From positions 157,852,001 to 157,916,000 of the forward strand of contig NC_043000.1 of the NCBI RefSeq assembly GCF_006345805.1: a DNA stretch of 64,000 nt, in the 5' to 3' direction. Under the pieces are notes generated by a model that had not been told where the DNA came from, ran no database searches, and saw only the letters and a list, made by a program, of their open reading frames with translations. Shown here piece after piece: positions 14,867-26,253 of the stretch. The position numbers and the translations under genes were made by a program. Positions within the stretch are counted from its first letter, which is position 1. The number at the start of each line of letters is the position of its first letter. The DNA comes from Octopus sinensis (Eukaryota).

Positions 14867-15393
14867 GAGTGAGAGAGCAGTGCATCCCATCAAATTGACA
14901 CTGGGGTAAAATATACGAAGCCCAATATACCCATCATGACTACCCGTCTGATAAAGGTACACCAGGCACATGCATCACAACCATATGTGCGCGACATGGT
15001 GATCTCATATCAAGATAAACAGCACATGACCTTGCAGGTGGGGCCCAGTTAGAATTTTCTTCAGGTTGAGTAGCCCATCCCGCTCAAAAGGTCCCTGAAT
15101 AAGGGTTGTTTAAGGATGTTGAAAGAACCACCCATGTTTCCAGAGGTGAATTATTCAAACCCCAAAGAATCCCTCTCAACACATGGCTATGATGCTCCCC
15201 CACTACTTCTGCTCGTGATCAGAGATGCACATATCGTCAGCCACTAAGGGACATGCTCAACTGGTTAAGGTCAAACAACAGACAAGCAAATCTGTGGTAT
15301 TGAGCAGAATATTTGCTGTAGCCCATCTTTTATACCAAGACAAAACAATGTACATGATAACACTTCCAATCAGTTAAGATAAGAAGCCATGAG

Positions 15394-15395
<2 letters not shown>
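14867..15395 (-). mobile_element. About 520 bp non-coding interspersed element flanked by (AAT)n
   Basis: Reverse-complement homologue of 59967-60479. Same-sense (AAT)n on both sides. Strand assigned by treating the (AAT)n after ...ctctcactc as the tail. Confidence 0.75.
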
Positions 15396-15434
<39 letters not shown>

Positions 15435-15499
15435 GATTATTATTATTATAAATAATAATAATAATAATAATGATAACAATAATAATAGGTGGGCCAACA

Positions 15500-15740
15500 T
15501 TAAGAATGAGCAAGTGTTTCCGCTCTGCCGTACATCTGCAATGCAGTGGATGAAATCATTGCCCATATCACGAGCGAATCCCCTAGACTTGCCCAAAACC
15601 TCTACAAGTTGTGGCGACACGATCATGTACTGAAAATTCTACACAGGAAACTGTGCTAAAACTGGGGACTAGAGAGAATCAAGACGTGGTATGAGCACAA
15701 AGCGCAGAGAGTGGCGGAGTCGGAGACTAGTAAAATGCCC
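15500..15740 (+). mobile_element. Second decayed R4/Dong-type fragment directly after (AAT)n
   Basis: LCR(fs)CNAVDEIIAHITSESPRLAQNLYKLWRHDHVLKILHRKLC*NWGLERIKTWYEHKAQRVAESE: zinc-knuckle, RHD and WYEH motifs. Confidence 0.75.
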
Positions 15741-16381
15741 TGAGTTACCCAGATCAGGTGCAAGACCGGAACTAGAGGTAGTGGACAAGATGCACCACAT
15801 ATGCTATATAGTTGATGCTGTATGCCTCTTTGACCCCCAAATGTTTTCTGATTGATCTATTTGTCAGTAATTACCAAGAAAAAATGCTTTCTCTTTTTTT
15901 ACCTGATTCTTTTTATATCCATCAGATTTTGACGAACCGCTTAGTTATGGGGACGTAAATAGCAATATCGGTTGTTAAGCAGTGGTACCGGACAAACAAA
16001 AGGTACACACACATACGCACATACACATACACACACACATGCATACGCAAATACATACATATGTACGACAGGCTTCTTTCAGTATCCGTATATCAAATTC
16101 AGTGGTACTGAATCTGAAAGTATGTTGTTGAGAAGCAAATTCTTGCCATACAGCCTTGACTTATTTAAATTTTAGTTTTGATTGTTTGGTTTCTCCCGTG
16201 TAACCAATGCTAACCAACTTTACTGATACACCAAGTATTGTAGTAATCCTTGGTTACTAGTCTGAAGATTTACCACTCAGAAATATTCATCAACGTATAG
16301 ATTTATACACACATTATATAGTTTCTAACGCAGAATAATTTTTCACATAAAATGATCCAAAACGGAATAGTATGGTATATA

Positions 16382-16548
16382 GGCGCAGGAGTGGCTGTGT
16401 GGTAAGTATCTTGGTTACCAACCACATTGTTCCGGCTTCAGTCCCACTGTGTGGCACCTTGGACAAGTGTCTTCAACTATAGCCTAGGGCCGACCAAAGC
16501 CTTGTGAGTGGATTTGGCAGACGGAAACTGAAAGAAGCCCGTCGTATA

Positions 16549-16614
<66 letters not shown>

Positions 16615-16830
16615 GATGTCTGTGTTTATCCCCCAACATTGCTTGACAACCGATGCTGGTGTGTTTATGTTCCTGTAACTTAGCGGTTCGGTAAAAAAGA
16701 CCGATAGAATAAGTAGTAGGCTTACAAAGAATAAGTCCTGGGGTCGATTTGCTCGACTAAAGGCGGTGCTCCAGCATGGCCACAGTCAAATGACTGAAAC
16801 AAATAAAAGAGTAAAAAGAGAGTAAAGAGT
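16382..16830 (+). mobile_element. tRNA-derived SINE family A (internal TA/TG microsatellite, aaaagagt tail)
   Basis: ggcgcaggagtggctgtgtggtaag A-box-like head, ggttcagtcc B-box-like motif, CORE-like ttggacaagtgtctt. Four near-full copies in the window. Confidence 0.85.
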
Positions 16831-16877
16831 ACTAAATAACTGTAAATATTAAACTTCTACATTGACTCATACTCTTA

Positions 16878-16922
<45 letters not shown>

Positions 16923-17348
16923 CGTATACACCCGTATAGCAAATCCCTTACACAATACGGTCTCGAATCCTTGGAATTTTAGAGTCGGTTACTCGAATTC
17001 CATGATCCATACCTGAACAGTATTCCAACATTCTTCTTTAAAAGGATGATATTCCTTCGCAGTGTTTCTTATTTACTGCTAAGTGGACAGGAACAGCGTG
17101 AACTGAAATCTTTGGGTAAAAAACTCGACGCACAAAGTTCCGGTCACGATTTCCGACACAGGGGGTTGCTGAAGGGATAAATGAACTCCAGACAGCTAGG
17201 ATGAGAATGTGCTGTCGCGCAATGAATGGCACCGATCGCTGAAACTCGTAATTCCAGCAATTGAAGAGAAACAATAGAGAGAATGTGAAAGAGCACATGA
17301 GGAACGTCACTTCTTCATCGCGTCATGTAGTTTCATCTGTAGTAGATG

Positions 17349-17396
17349 TCATCGCCGCTGCAGCTCAAGAACAGTCCTTGTAGCTCGCGTGCGAGC
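17349..17396 (-). CDS. Possible terminal exon (G): ARTRATRTVLELQRR-stop if phase 0
   Basis: Acceptor tcatctcttgcAG followed by GC-rich unique sequence. All three frames stop within about 65 nt, as expected for a last exon. Linkage to exon F is unproven. Confidence 0.35.
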   Translation of the reverse strand, partial: ARTRATRTVLELQRR

Positions 17397-17675
17397 CTGC
17401 AAGAGATGATAACTGAATGCGGTCGACTTACGATAGATAGCCGAAGAAGAAGATAAAGGCATGTATGTTTGTATGTATACGTACCTATATGGTATGTTTG
17501 CATGTATGTGTACATCACAACATGCAGAAAATATAACAAACTTATAGGTTTCGAGTGGGAATTTAAGAAAATGTTAGTCATCGCTACTCAGAGAAGCAAA
17601 TTTCAACAGAAATCCATAAAGCGAGAGCTCGAGACTGGGTGAGTTTAATACAATTATTACTATAATGAACACCAA

Positions 17676-17872
17676 TAATCCTTTCTACTATAGGCGCAAG
17701 ATCTGAAACTGCGGGAGGGGTAGTACATTACATACACCCAAGTACTCAACTGATACTTATTTGACCGACATCGAATGGATGAAAGGCAAAGTCGACTTCG
17801 GTAGAATTTGAACTCAGAGCTTATAGCGACGGACGACATCCCGCTAAGCATTTCTTCCAGCGTGCGAAGAAA
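17676..17872 (-). mobile_element. SINE family B, diverged copy
   Basis: gatgaaaggcaaagtcgac...aatttgaactcag...gctaagcattt is the reverse complement of the family B core. Confidence 0.7.
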
Positions 17873-17979
17873 CACTAATAATAAAAAATATAAATGAATG
17901 AAGAAAATGGGTCATATAAGTGAAAGACTGTGTTAGACAAAAATATATGGAATGTAGCAGGTATACTTTTAAATTATTA

Positions 17980-18381
17980 GAAGTGGCTGTGTGGTAAGTC
18001 GCTTGCTAACCAACCACATGGTTCCGGGTTCAGTCCCACTGCGTGGCATCTTGAGCAAGTGTCTTCTGCTATAGCCCCGGGCCGACCAATGCCTTGTGAG
18101 TGGATTTGGTAGACGGAAATTGAGAGAAGCCTGTCGTATATATATATATATGTGTGTGTATATGTTTGTGTGTCTGTTTGTCCCCCTAGCATTGCTTGAC
18201 AACCGATGCTGGTGTGTTTACGTCCCCGTCACTTAGCGGTTCGGCAAAAGAAACCAATATTATAAGTACTGGACTTACAAAGAATAAGTCCCGGGGTTGA
18301 TTTGCTCGACTAAAGGCGGTGCTCCAGCATGGCCGCAGTCAAATGACTGAAACAAGTAAAAGAGTAAAAGAGTAAAAGAGT
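17980..18381 (+). mobile_element. SINE family A copy
   Basis: Colinear with 16382-16830. Confidence 0.85.
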
Positions 18382-18909
18382 ATATGTTAATGCCATTAAA
18401 ACACAAATTGTGTTAACTTATTCCCTACAAAATACAAAATATATATAAAAAAAAAACAGGGCTGCGCAACAAGCTATGCGAGTATGTGTGGGAATCTACA
18501 AGCTTGTAGGCTATTAAAAAACATGAATGAGATATGCATTCAAAAAAATTGCAATGCGATTAAATCTTAAACATAGAAAAGAGGCAAAATTGCGTGTGAA
18601 AGATAAGTACATGTAAGGATATATTATTAAATCTTTGGAGATCTTTGGTACTAAAGAGGATGAGAGGGGATATAAAAGAAAATGTTCTGACAGCATGTTG
18701 CAAATGCGGATAGATTAGGACGGTATCGATTAGGGAGGCTTATAAAGGGCCAGAATGTACTTAGCGAAGATTTTATATAAAGATAAATGTTTAGATCTAA
18801 AATCCCAACAGTTTAGAATATTTTCTGTGTGATTAGATACATAAGAACGACGCACACATGCCCGCACACAGGCACAGATGCATATACTCAACCACATACA
18901 AACACCCTT

Positions 18910-18957
<48 letters not shown>

Positions 18958-19297
18958 ATTTAAATACTAGATGTAATTCCTTCTAAATCCGTTGAGCGCC
19001 CTTTCCTTTCGTTTGTCCACTCGGTCATGTATATATATTAATTTACTTTAATTTTGTTACTTGTTTCTGTCATTTGAATGCGGCCATGCACCACCTTAAA
19101 GGGTTCCATTTGCTTAATTCTGAGAGAAAAGAGGAAACGTTTGGCATTTATATGATCTCTCGTTATTTCTTAAAGTACTGCATTAGTTTCAACATATATG
19201 AAGCTATCTTAATTGTAGTGTAATTCTTCTGTCGCCTTTTGGCACCGAGACCCACCACATATATATATGCACACACGTATATATGTATATGTGTGTG

Positions 19298-19365
<68 letters not shown>

Positions 19366-19443
19366 ATATATAATATATATATATATAATATTATTGGTGA
19401 ATTGAAGAAATGGAGCTGAACGAAGATTGAACAGAAATCGTTT

Positions 19444-19536
19444 TATTTCATTCTACACGTGTTTCGAAAGGCACAATTTACCAAAATCCGATTGAATAAT
19501 GAGACCATATTGTGTCTTTCTCTTCAGGAAGAAATA
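19444..19536 (-). ncRNA. Second, identical hammerhead copy in the inverted arm
   Basis: Exact reverse complement of 21009-21101. Confidence 0.8.
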
Positions 19537-20063
19537 GGAAATCCGTTGGAAAAAACAAAAACAGAACAGAGGCGGAGCAAAACAATCGAACTAGGCTCCT
19601 AAGAGCCCATGGCAAAACTGTTTATCAGTGTATGTTGAGAACCGGTGGCTGAAGAATTTAACGGGTCAGGCAGCGGTCATTCATGTGGGTGAGGGTGTGT
19701 AGATGTTCTTTGTGACCGAGAATAAAGTTCTGACTATTTAAGGAATATTGGATGTTTTATAAGGGGCGAGAAAAAATCTAGTTAGAGACATGTGTGTGTA
19801 TACTGTTCTATATATTGTTCTATATATGTGTGTGTTGGCGTAGGTTGGCAAGACCTCCGTCAAGGGGTAGAAAACATTTTTTGTGTACGTGTGTGCGTTT
19901 GATCGCTCGGCTGTCAGTGGTTAAGCCACTCTACACAATGGCTACTGCAGTAAGAACCGTTGGGTGGCAGAAAAAAATATATTATGCCCTATGTGTGTGT
20001 GGCGCTTGTTCATGTCCCGAAAAGTTGCGTAATGTTTGGAGACTCGCAAAGCCAATCTTGATG

Positions 20064-20388
20064 TCTACACTTATGTAGGGGCTTCATCGTCAAGATTGGC
20101 TTTGCGAGTCTCCAACCATTACGCAACTTTTCGGGACATGAACAAGCGCCAGACCACGGGACTCAGCAAGCTAATATGGCGATTGAAGGATACGAACTCA
20201 AGCTACAGGCTGGAATGGTCATTTTGTCGGTGGCCCTCCCATTTGATAGGGGCAGAAGGCAGTGCAACCTTTGTGTCTCCGAACTCTTCCATATTTTGTT
20301 TGCCAGAGGCCGGATGGTAAACGGACTTTTACAGTCGGCTTTTCGATGCCCCCATTGGCGGCGTTACACTTATCTGGCTTTTAAATAG
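20064..20388 (+). pseudogene. 5'-truncated, frameshifted GIY-YIG endonuclease of a Penelope-like retroelement
   Basis: YTYVGASSSRLALRVSNHYATFRDMNKRQTTGLSKLIWRLKD...LEWS, then a frameshift near 20220 into ILSVALPFDRGRRQCNLCVSELFHIL...RCPH. This matches the PLE endonuclease pattern YIG..R..H..SF....T.LSKYIW.LK....W.I....Y......C.LC..EK...CRH (recalled family pattern). Confidence 0.85.
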
Positions 20389-21008
20389 CGTTTATAAATA
20401 ATACCTGCACCCATAGCCCTTGGTAACAAATTCTGAAATAGCCTTTAAGATAATTACGATTAACCACTGCAAGGTGAATTACTCCTGTAAGATAAACGGG
20501 GCTTGGTTTTTTGACAACGGGGGGTTACCTTGACAAGGCAGGTTCAGACGAACACACACACACATAGGGCATAATATATTTTTTTCTGCCACCCAACGGT
20601 TCTTACTGCAGTAGCCATTGTGTAGAGCGGCTTAACCACTGACAGCCGAGCGATCAAACGCACACACGTACACAAAAAATGTTTTCTACCCCTTGACGGA
20701 GGTCTTGCCAACCTACGCCAACACACACATATATAGAACAGTATACACACACATGTCTCTAACTAGATTTTTTCTCGCCCCTTATAAAACATCCAATATT
20801 CCTTAAATAGTCAGAACTTTATTCTCGGTCACAAAGAACATCTACACACCCTCACCCACATGAATGACCGCTGCCTGACCCGTTAAATTCTTCAGCCACC
20901 GGTTCTCAACATACACTGATAAACAGTTTTGCCATGGGCTCTTAGGAGCCTAGTTCGATTTGTTTTGCTCCGCCTCTGTTCTGTTTTTGTTTTTTCCAAC
21001 GGATTTCC

Positions 21009-21101
21009 TATTTCTTCCTGAAGAGAAAGACACAATATGGTCTCATTATTCAATCGGATTTTGGTAAATTGTGCCTTTCGAAACACGTGTAGAATGAAAT
21101 A
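21009..21101 (+). ncRNA. Type I hammerhead ribozyme fold in the PLE 3' region
   Basis: Stem I TATTTCTTC / GAA(T)GAAATA. Core CTGAAGA at 21018-21024. Stem II GAAAGACACAAT / ATTGTGCCTTTC with one mismatch. GAAA at 21080-21083. Palindromic stem III ACACGTGT. Cleavage triplet GTA ending at 21091. Confidence 0.8.
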
Positions 21102-21306
21102 AAACGATTTCTGTTCAATCTTCGTTCAGCTCCATTTCTTCAGTTCACCAATAATATTTTAATTTCAATTATCCGCACCAACGCACGGTTGCAACTCCAT
21201 ATGGTTGTACCTCCAACCGTACTGTCTTCTGCTGTGATTTTTGTACCAAGGTATCGGTTAAACTTTTGATTAATCTGCTACAAGATTATTCATCTTTCTA
21301 TTTCAC

Positions 21307-21387
<81 letters not shown>

Positions 21388-21388
21388 C

Positions 21389-21650
21389 TCTTGCCGCAGT
21401 AACGAAGCTAAAGCTCGCAGAGAAAAGCCACTTGGCTCAGATTGATCTTGAACTCAGCTGTGCATGCTCACTACGTTTTAACGTTCTAGCTCACGCCTGC
21501 TGTTTACAACAGTGTTTAGAAGGTACGTGTGTAGCGTGTGATCGTCGCATTGAACATGGCAGAGAAAATTTAGCAGAGAACTGCATCAATTTAAAAAAGA
21601 TCTTGGTGATACCTACTCAGAGGCCTACGCAAGGTTTTCAAAACGTATTC
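21389..21650 (+). mobile_element. Second mariner 5' remnant, inverted relative to 21790-22209
   Basis: About 80% identical by eye over the first 80 nt to the reverse complement ending at 22209. Includes ATGGCAGAGAAA...GATACCTACTCAGAGGCCTACGCAA. Confidence 0.75.
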
Positions 21651-21789
21651 ATCGTTCTGGATACAATGAAAAAGATATTGTACAACTGAAATCCGAGTGT
21701 AATTCTACCCAGTTGAAAGCAGGTTTAGCACTTGGCAGACATACGTCTCATACCCAAATAACGGTCTGAATTAAATCGTAACTAATCTA

Positions 21790-22209
21790 TACATTCTCTG
21801 ATAACTCACGGAGAATGATTCGACGATTTCCTCTCACAGCTGCACACACATCTGTGATGTTTTTTCTCATTTCTGTTGGTCGCGGCTCTCCCAGAACGTT
21901 CGTCAATATCGACAATTTTTCGGCCATCTTGGAAACATCTGAGCTACTCGTACAGTTGTGTGCGGCACTCCTCTCCATACGCTTTCTGCAACTTTGCGTA
22001 GGCCTCTGAGCAGGTATCGCCATGACGACTTTCTCTGTCATGGTCAATGTGACGATCACACCACTAAACACGTTCCTTCGAAGCACTGCCATAAACAACG
22101 GTGGTGAGCTAGAAATTTAAAACTTGATGCGCATGCACAGCATAGTTCAAGGTCAATCTTTGCCAAGCAGCTTCCCACTGCGTGCTTTAGCTTCGCTACT
22201 ATGGTAAGA
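21790..22209 (-). mobile_element. Mariner transposase 5' remnant
   Basis: Frameshifted MTEK...GDTCSEAYAKLQKAYGEEC.TQLYE*LRCFQDGR...DERSGR...(fs)NITDVCAAVRGNRRIILRELSE, the helix-turn-helix region of mariner transposases. Confidence 0.8.
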
Positions 22210-22416
22210 ATCAGGATACTTATTGATCAGACTTCGTATATACATGTATTATCAGAACCGCATAACAACTCACTGATCACAAATACGGAAAAATTTTGTG
22301 TCGTTTGGTGTCAAGGAGTTGTCTGCCTTTCTGCCTCTCCACAAATCTGATCTCTGTTTCTTTGTGCGTGAGTGTTCATGTTGAACTATGAAACCCTACA
22401 CAGTTTTCTCTCTCCG

Positions 22417-22451
<35 letters not shown>

Positions 22452-22455
<4 letters not shown>

Positions 22456-22655
22456 ATCCAAACAAGAAAGCACAAAAATACACAACAACGCGAGGACGTG
22501 GAACAAATAAAGTATTATTGGACGCTCAGGAAAGAAGGAAAGTTTAACGTTTCGAGCGAAGCTCTTCGTCGGAAACATAGGAGAAGGAAAGATCCAGAGA
22601 AGGGAAGACAGGAAAAAAATCGCCAACGGTACACACGACGTCACATTTTGAAAGA
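22452..22655 (-). mobile_element. About 200 bp non-autonomous element with a minimal hammerhead motif (core mutated), (TA)n on both sides
   Basis: Homologous to 34905-35135. Minus strand 22542-22576 reads GTTT-CCGACGA-A-GAGC ttc GCTC-GAAACGTT-AAAC. Confidence 0.7.
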
Positions 22656-22683
22656 CATATATATATATACACACACACGCACT

Positions 22684-22739
<56 letters not shown>

Positions 22740-23657
22740 TGCATGTATTTTACGTGTCCCATTCATTAGATAGAGACTGTAATTGTAGCAAATTAGTAAT
22801 AAAATAAGTAATTAAAACACGCCAAGATGCCGGCTCAACCCGCCTTGGGTGAACGCCGTCACAAGTACAAGTTAGCATACCATTTTATAGGTTTTACAGT
22901 TTTCAGCATTAAGTTAAATGCTTTCTTCTAAAATGTATACCATTGCAGCACTCATGTGTTTGTCTGTTTTCTGTCAGTCTGTCTGTCTGTCTTCATCGAT
23001 GTATATATGTGTGTATGATGTTTGTGTATATGTACGTATTATGTATATATGTGGCAGTGTATCTCTTTGTGAAATATCTTAGAAGAATTTAGTGGTTTAG
23101 CTATTTTGGCTTTTTCTTGCTCTCACGATTCTTTTATTCTTCGATCCATCCCACTCTCTATTATTAAGCACACGCAACACACACACACAGATGAACACAC
23201 ACACAAATGCACACACATGCACACGTATGCACAAACACACAGAAACACACACACACGCACACGCGAGCACAAAACACACACACGCACACACAAACACACG
23301 CAACACACATGCACCCTCACCACCACATCACACGCACTTGTAAAAACTTACATCGTTTATAGAAGCATATATCAGAGTTTGTGTGTGCGTGTGTTTGAGT
23401 GGGCAGCTTTGTGAATGCCTGCAAGTAGAGTCACTTTGAATTATATTTATCAAATGCGCATGGGAAATGAAAGTTTGCTGCTCTTAAATCTGACGTCATA
23501 GCAATGTGGGCTATATGTAGGCAACCTTGTCACTATTAAGATGGGAATGAAGAGTGTTTTTGACCTGTATGTATGTAAGCATGCATGTTTTTACGTATTT
23601 ATGTCTTCATATATGTACGAACAATTGTATACCTGCTGTCTCTCTCTCCCCCTTTCA

Positions 23658-23692
<35 letters not shown>

Positions 23693-23696
23693 ATAT

Positions 23697-23732
<36 letters not shown>

Positions 23733-23785
23733 GGTATATATATATATAGGTATATATAGGTATATATATATAGGTATATATATAG

Positions 23786-23828
<43 letters not shown>

Positions 23829-23913
23829 CCCCACATATCTATGTATCTATCTAACCATTTATCTACCAAATGTTCTTAGCTATATAGATAATTTCTCTTG
23901 GGATGCTATCTTG

Positions 23914-23944
<31 letters not shown>

Positions 23945-25697
23945 CTGAACTCAAAATTCACTCAAAAAGATTGTCAGAAAGATAGACATCTAGAAAAATA
24001 TCTAGCACATTCTCTGAAGCTTATAAAAGTAAATATGATGAAAAATTTTGATTATACGTATATGCACATACAAACAATTGTGTGTGCGAATACGTTTCTG
24101 TGATTTCGTATAGTTGTCCTTCCCCCTTTCTTCGTTCCTTTCTTTCTGTATTTTTGTCCGTCTTTGTCGTCTTTTGTCCGCCTCTCTCTGTCCAACACAA
24201 GCTCACCCACGCTAGTATTCAGACACATATGTATGTGTTTGAATGTGTTTGTGTGTGTGTATAACTGAAAAGATACGTATAGTTTAACTATGCCTAATGT
24301 GGCCAAGATTCACAGCTTGCTATAATAGCTGTTCGTCATGGCGATATTGAGGAACACCTACATACATATATGTATACATACATGCATGCATACATACAAA
24401 TATACACATCTCTATATATCTATATCTATATCTATATCTATTTATATAAATATATATATATCACACACTCACACACACATATACACATACATACATATAT
24501 TTATGTGTGTGTATGTATATGTGTGTCTGTAAATGTATGTAAACTGTATATTAAAATATATACAAGGATTTAATTACAAATCTTGTCTCGCCGTGAATAT
24601 ATAATCTATGATTATATTTGTTTTCATCATCTTAGCTTATATTACATTTTTTCTACTGTGGGCTGTTATAAAAAAAGTCCAATGACTTATGGTGGAAAAT
24701 AATTTGCATAGAATGTAGTATTATTCTCATAAAATCTGTCATACTAGGACAAGTATATTTTTGAAGAGATAATATAAGGCTATAACAATGATATATATAT
24801 ATATTCTTTTATTCTTTCTTGTATTATAGAATGAATCATTTTTAGTTATATTAACCAAGACATTTCAGAATGTTATGCACTTCAAAATGTTTATAAAGTA
24901 CATATTGTAACTTGTAAGTGGATATATATTGCTACGTTAACAGAACCAAGATATGCATGGTTTATCGTATTAACCGTGATATTTTAATGCTGAATTTTAA
25001 TTGCAACTAATTAACTTACTTGTGTTGGTCGTTGTTTAATCTATATAATTTGAATTAATCGCGTGAAGTATCGTGGCATGTGATGTCTTTGTTTCTATTT
25101 TCTATTTTTTTATATAAGTACATGATCTTCATTTCTCCGCACTTGGTCTACTGATCTGCCAGAACATTTCCACAAAATAACAATTTCATATTTTGTGGAA
25201 ATACAGCACGATAGTCCAGTAAATAACCGCATATTCACATAAGTCCAGTAATTGATCGCATATTCGTCTCGTATTGAGATTCAATATTTGCTTGTGATGA
25301 ACAATTGTTAAGCAAATCGGAAATACAATCATGTTTTCTTACATAAGCCGTATTACATCCATTAAATTTTATAGCATAATCTAAAATAGTTAATATAGTG
25401 ACGAATACAATGTAGTAAATATCATTGAAGCTAGTATTAAATAATATATTGCAAGTAAATCGATCACATTTTTGACTGTTGGAGTTGTATTTTTATAGGG
25501 TAATTTGGTGCCAGACAGTGATTTTAGGGGAATACAATTGTCTTTCTTTGAATTACTATAAGCGTTTGTTCAAGTGTCATTAAAGCTCTGTCATTTCTTC
25601 AAGTGTTGTGGCAGTCAAAGCATCATTGATAACATGCATTGCATTGTATCATGGTAGATGTTATTGGGCCCACTATCTATAGCGTCATTTTGTGAAA

Positions 25698-26253
25698 TCT
25701 ACTGTATAAAATCCGTTCTGTCTGTCTGTGTGTGTGTGTTTTCTAGGATCTCGGTTATTCGCTATCCGATTGCGTTCAAATTTGATATGTAGATACCGAC
25801 GGTATCGGGGCGTGTATAAGTCTTGAAAAAATTACAAAAATCCATTCCAGGTGAGAATGCGATGGATAAAGCTGTGGGAATGTGCATTTGTACGCGCAAG
25901 TACATCAGCTGTTGTGATCGATACTACGCATACGCGAGAAAAATCTACGTGCAGTTTGTGCAAAAAAGCTGGCTGGCTTGAAATAATGCCACAAAATGCA
26001 GTATATTTAAGAGACCAAAAAAGTAAGATGCAAAAGAGATATTTTCGTGAAACTTGGCACGAAGGAAGGAAAGACTATTTGGTTTCTCAAGAAGATTTTT
26101 TTTTTGCTTTAACTTCGTTTAACAAAACCAAGGTTAAATCGGTGTTTCTCAAAGGGGAGGCCTATGGGACGGTCGGACAAGTTGTTTTGAGAAAATGTGG
26201 TTTAAATGTTTGACAACTCAGCACCGTCCATTGGACGGGGGCCGTTTTGCTCG
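25698..26253 (+). mobile_element. Non-autonomous Helitron, different family
   Basis: a|TCTACTGTATAAAATCCGTTCTGTCTGTCTG start. Subterminal hairpin gcaccgtcca/ttggacgggggc, then ...ttttgCTCG|t (CTAG with one change). Confidence 0.65.

Larger units (their letters stand above)
19387..21158 (+). mobile_element. Penelope-like element (PLE) insertion with inverted pseudo-LTR arms
   Basis: 19387-20000 is the reverse complement of 20556-21158 (by eye: 2 substitutions, one 1-nt indel, one 12-nt tandem duplication). The centre carries a GIY-YIG endonuclease C-terminal fragment. There is a hammerhead motif in each arm. The left end abuts (TA)n. Confidence 0.9.

Noticed and set aside
19794-20078. Duplicated ORF MCILFYI...WRRLARPPSRGRKH (also 20544-20750)
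   Set aside because: It appears twice only because of the inverted arms. It is antisense to the PLE 3' UTR and has no recognisable domain.
21150-21277. Minus-strand open frame INQKFNRYLGTKITAEDSTVGG as an extra exon
   Set aside because: Purine-rich, weak acceptor and no unambiguous donor. It cannot be supported without RNA data.
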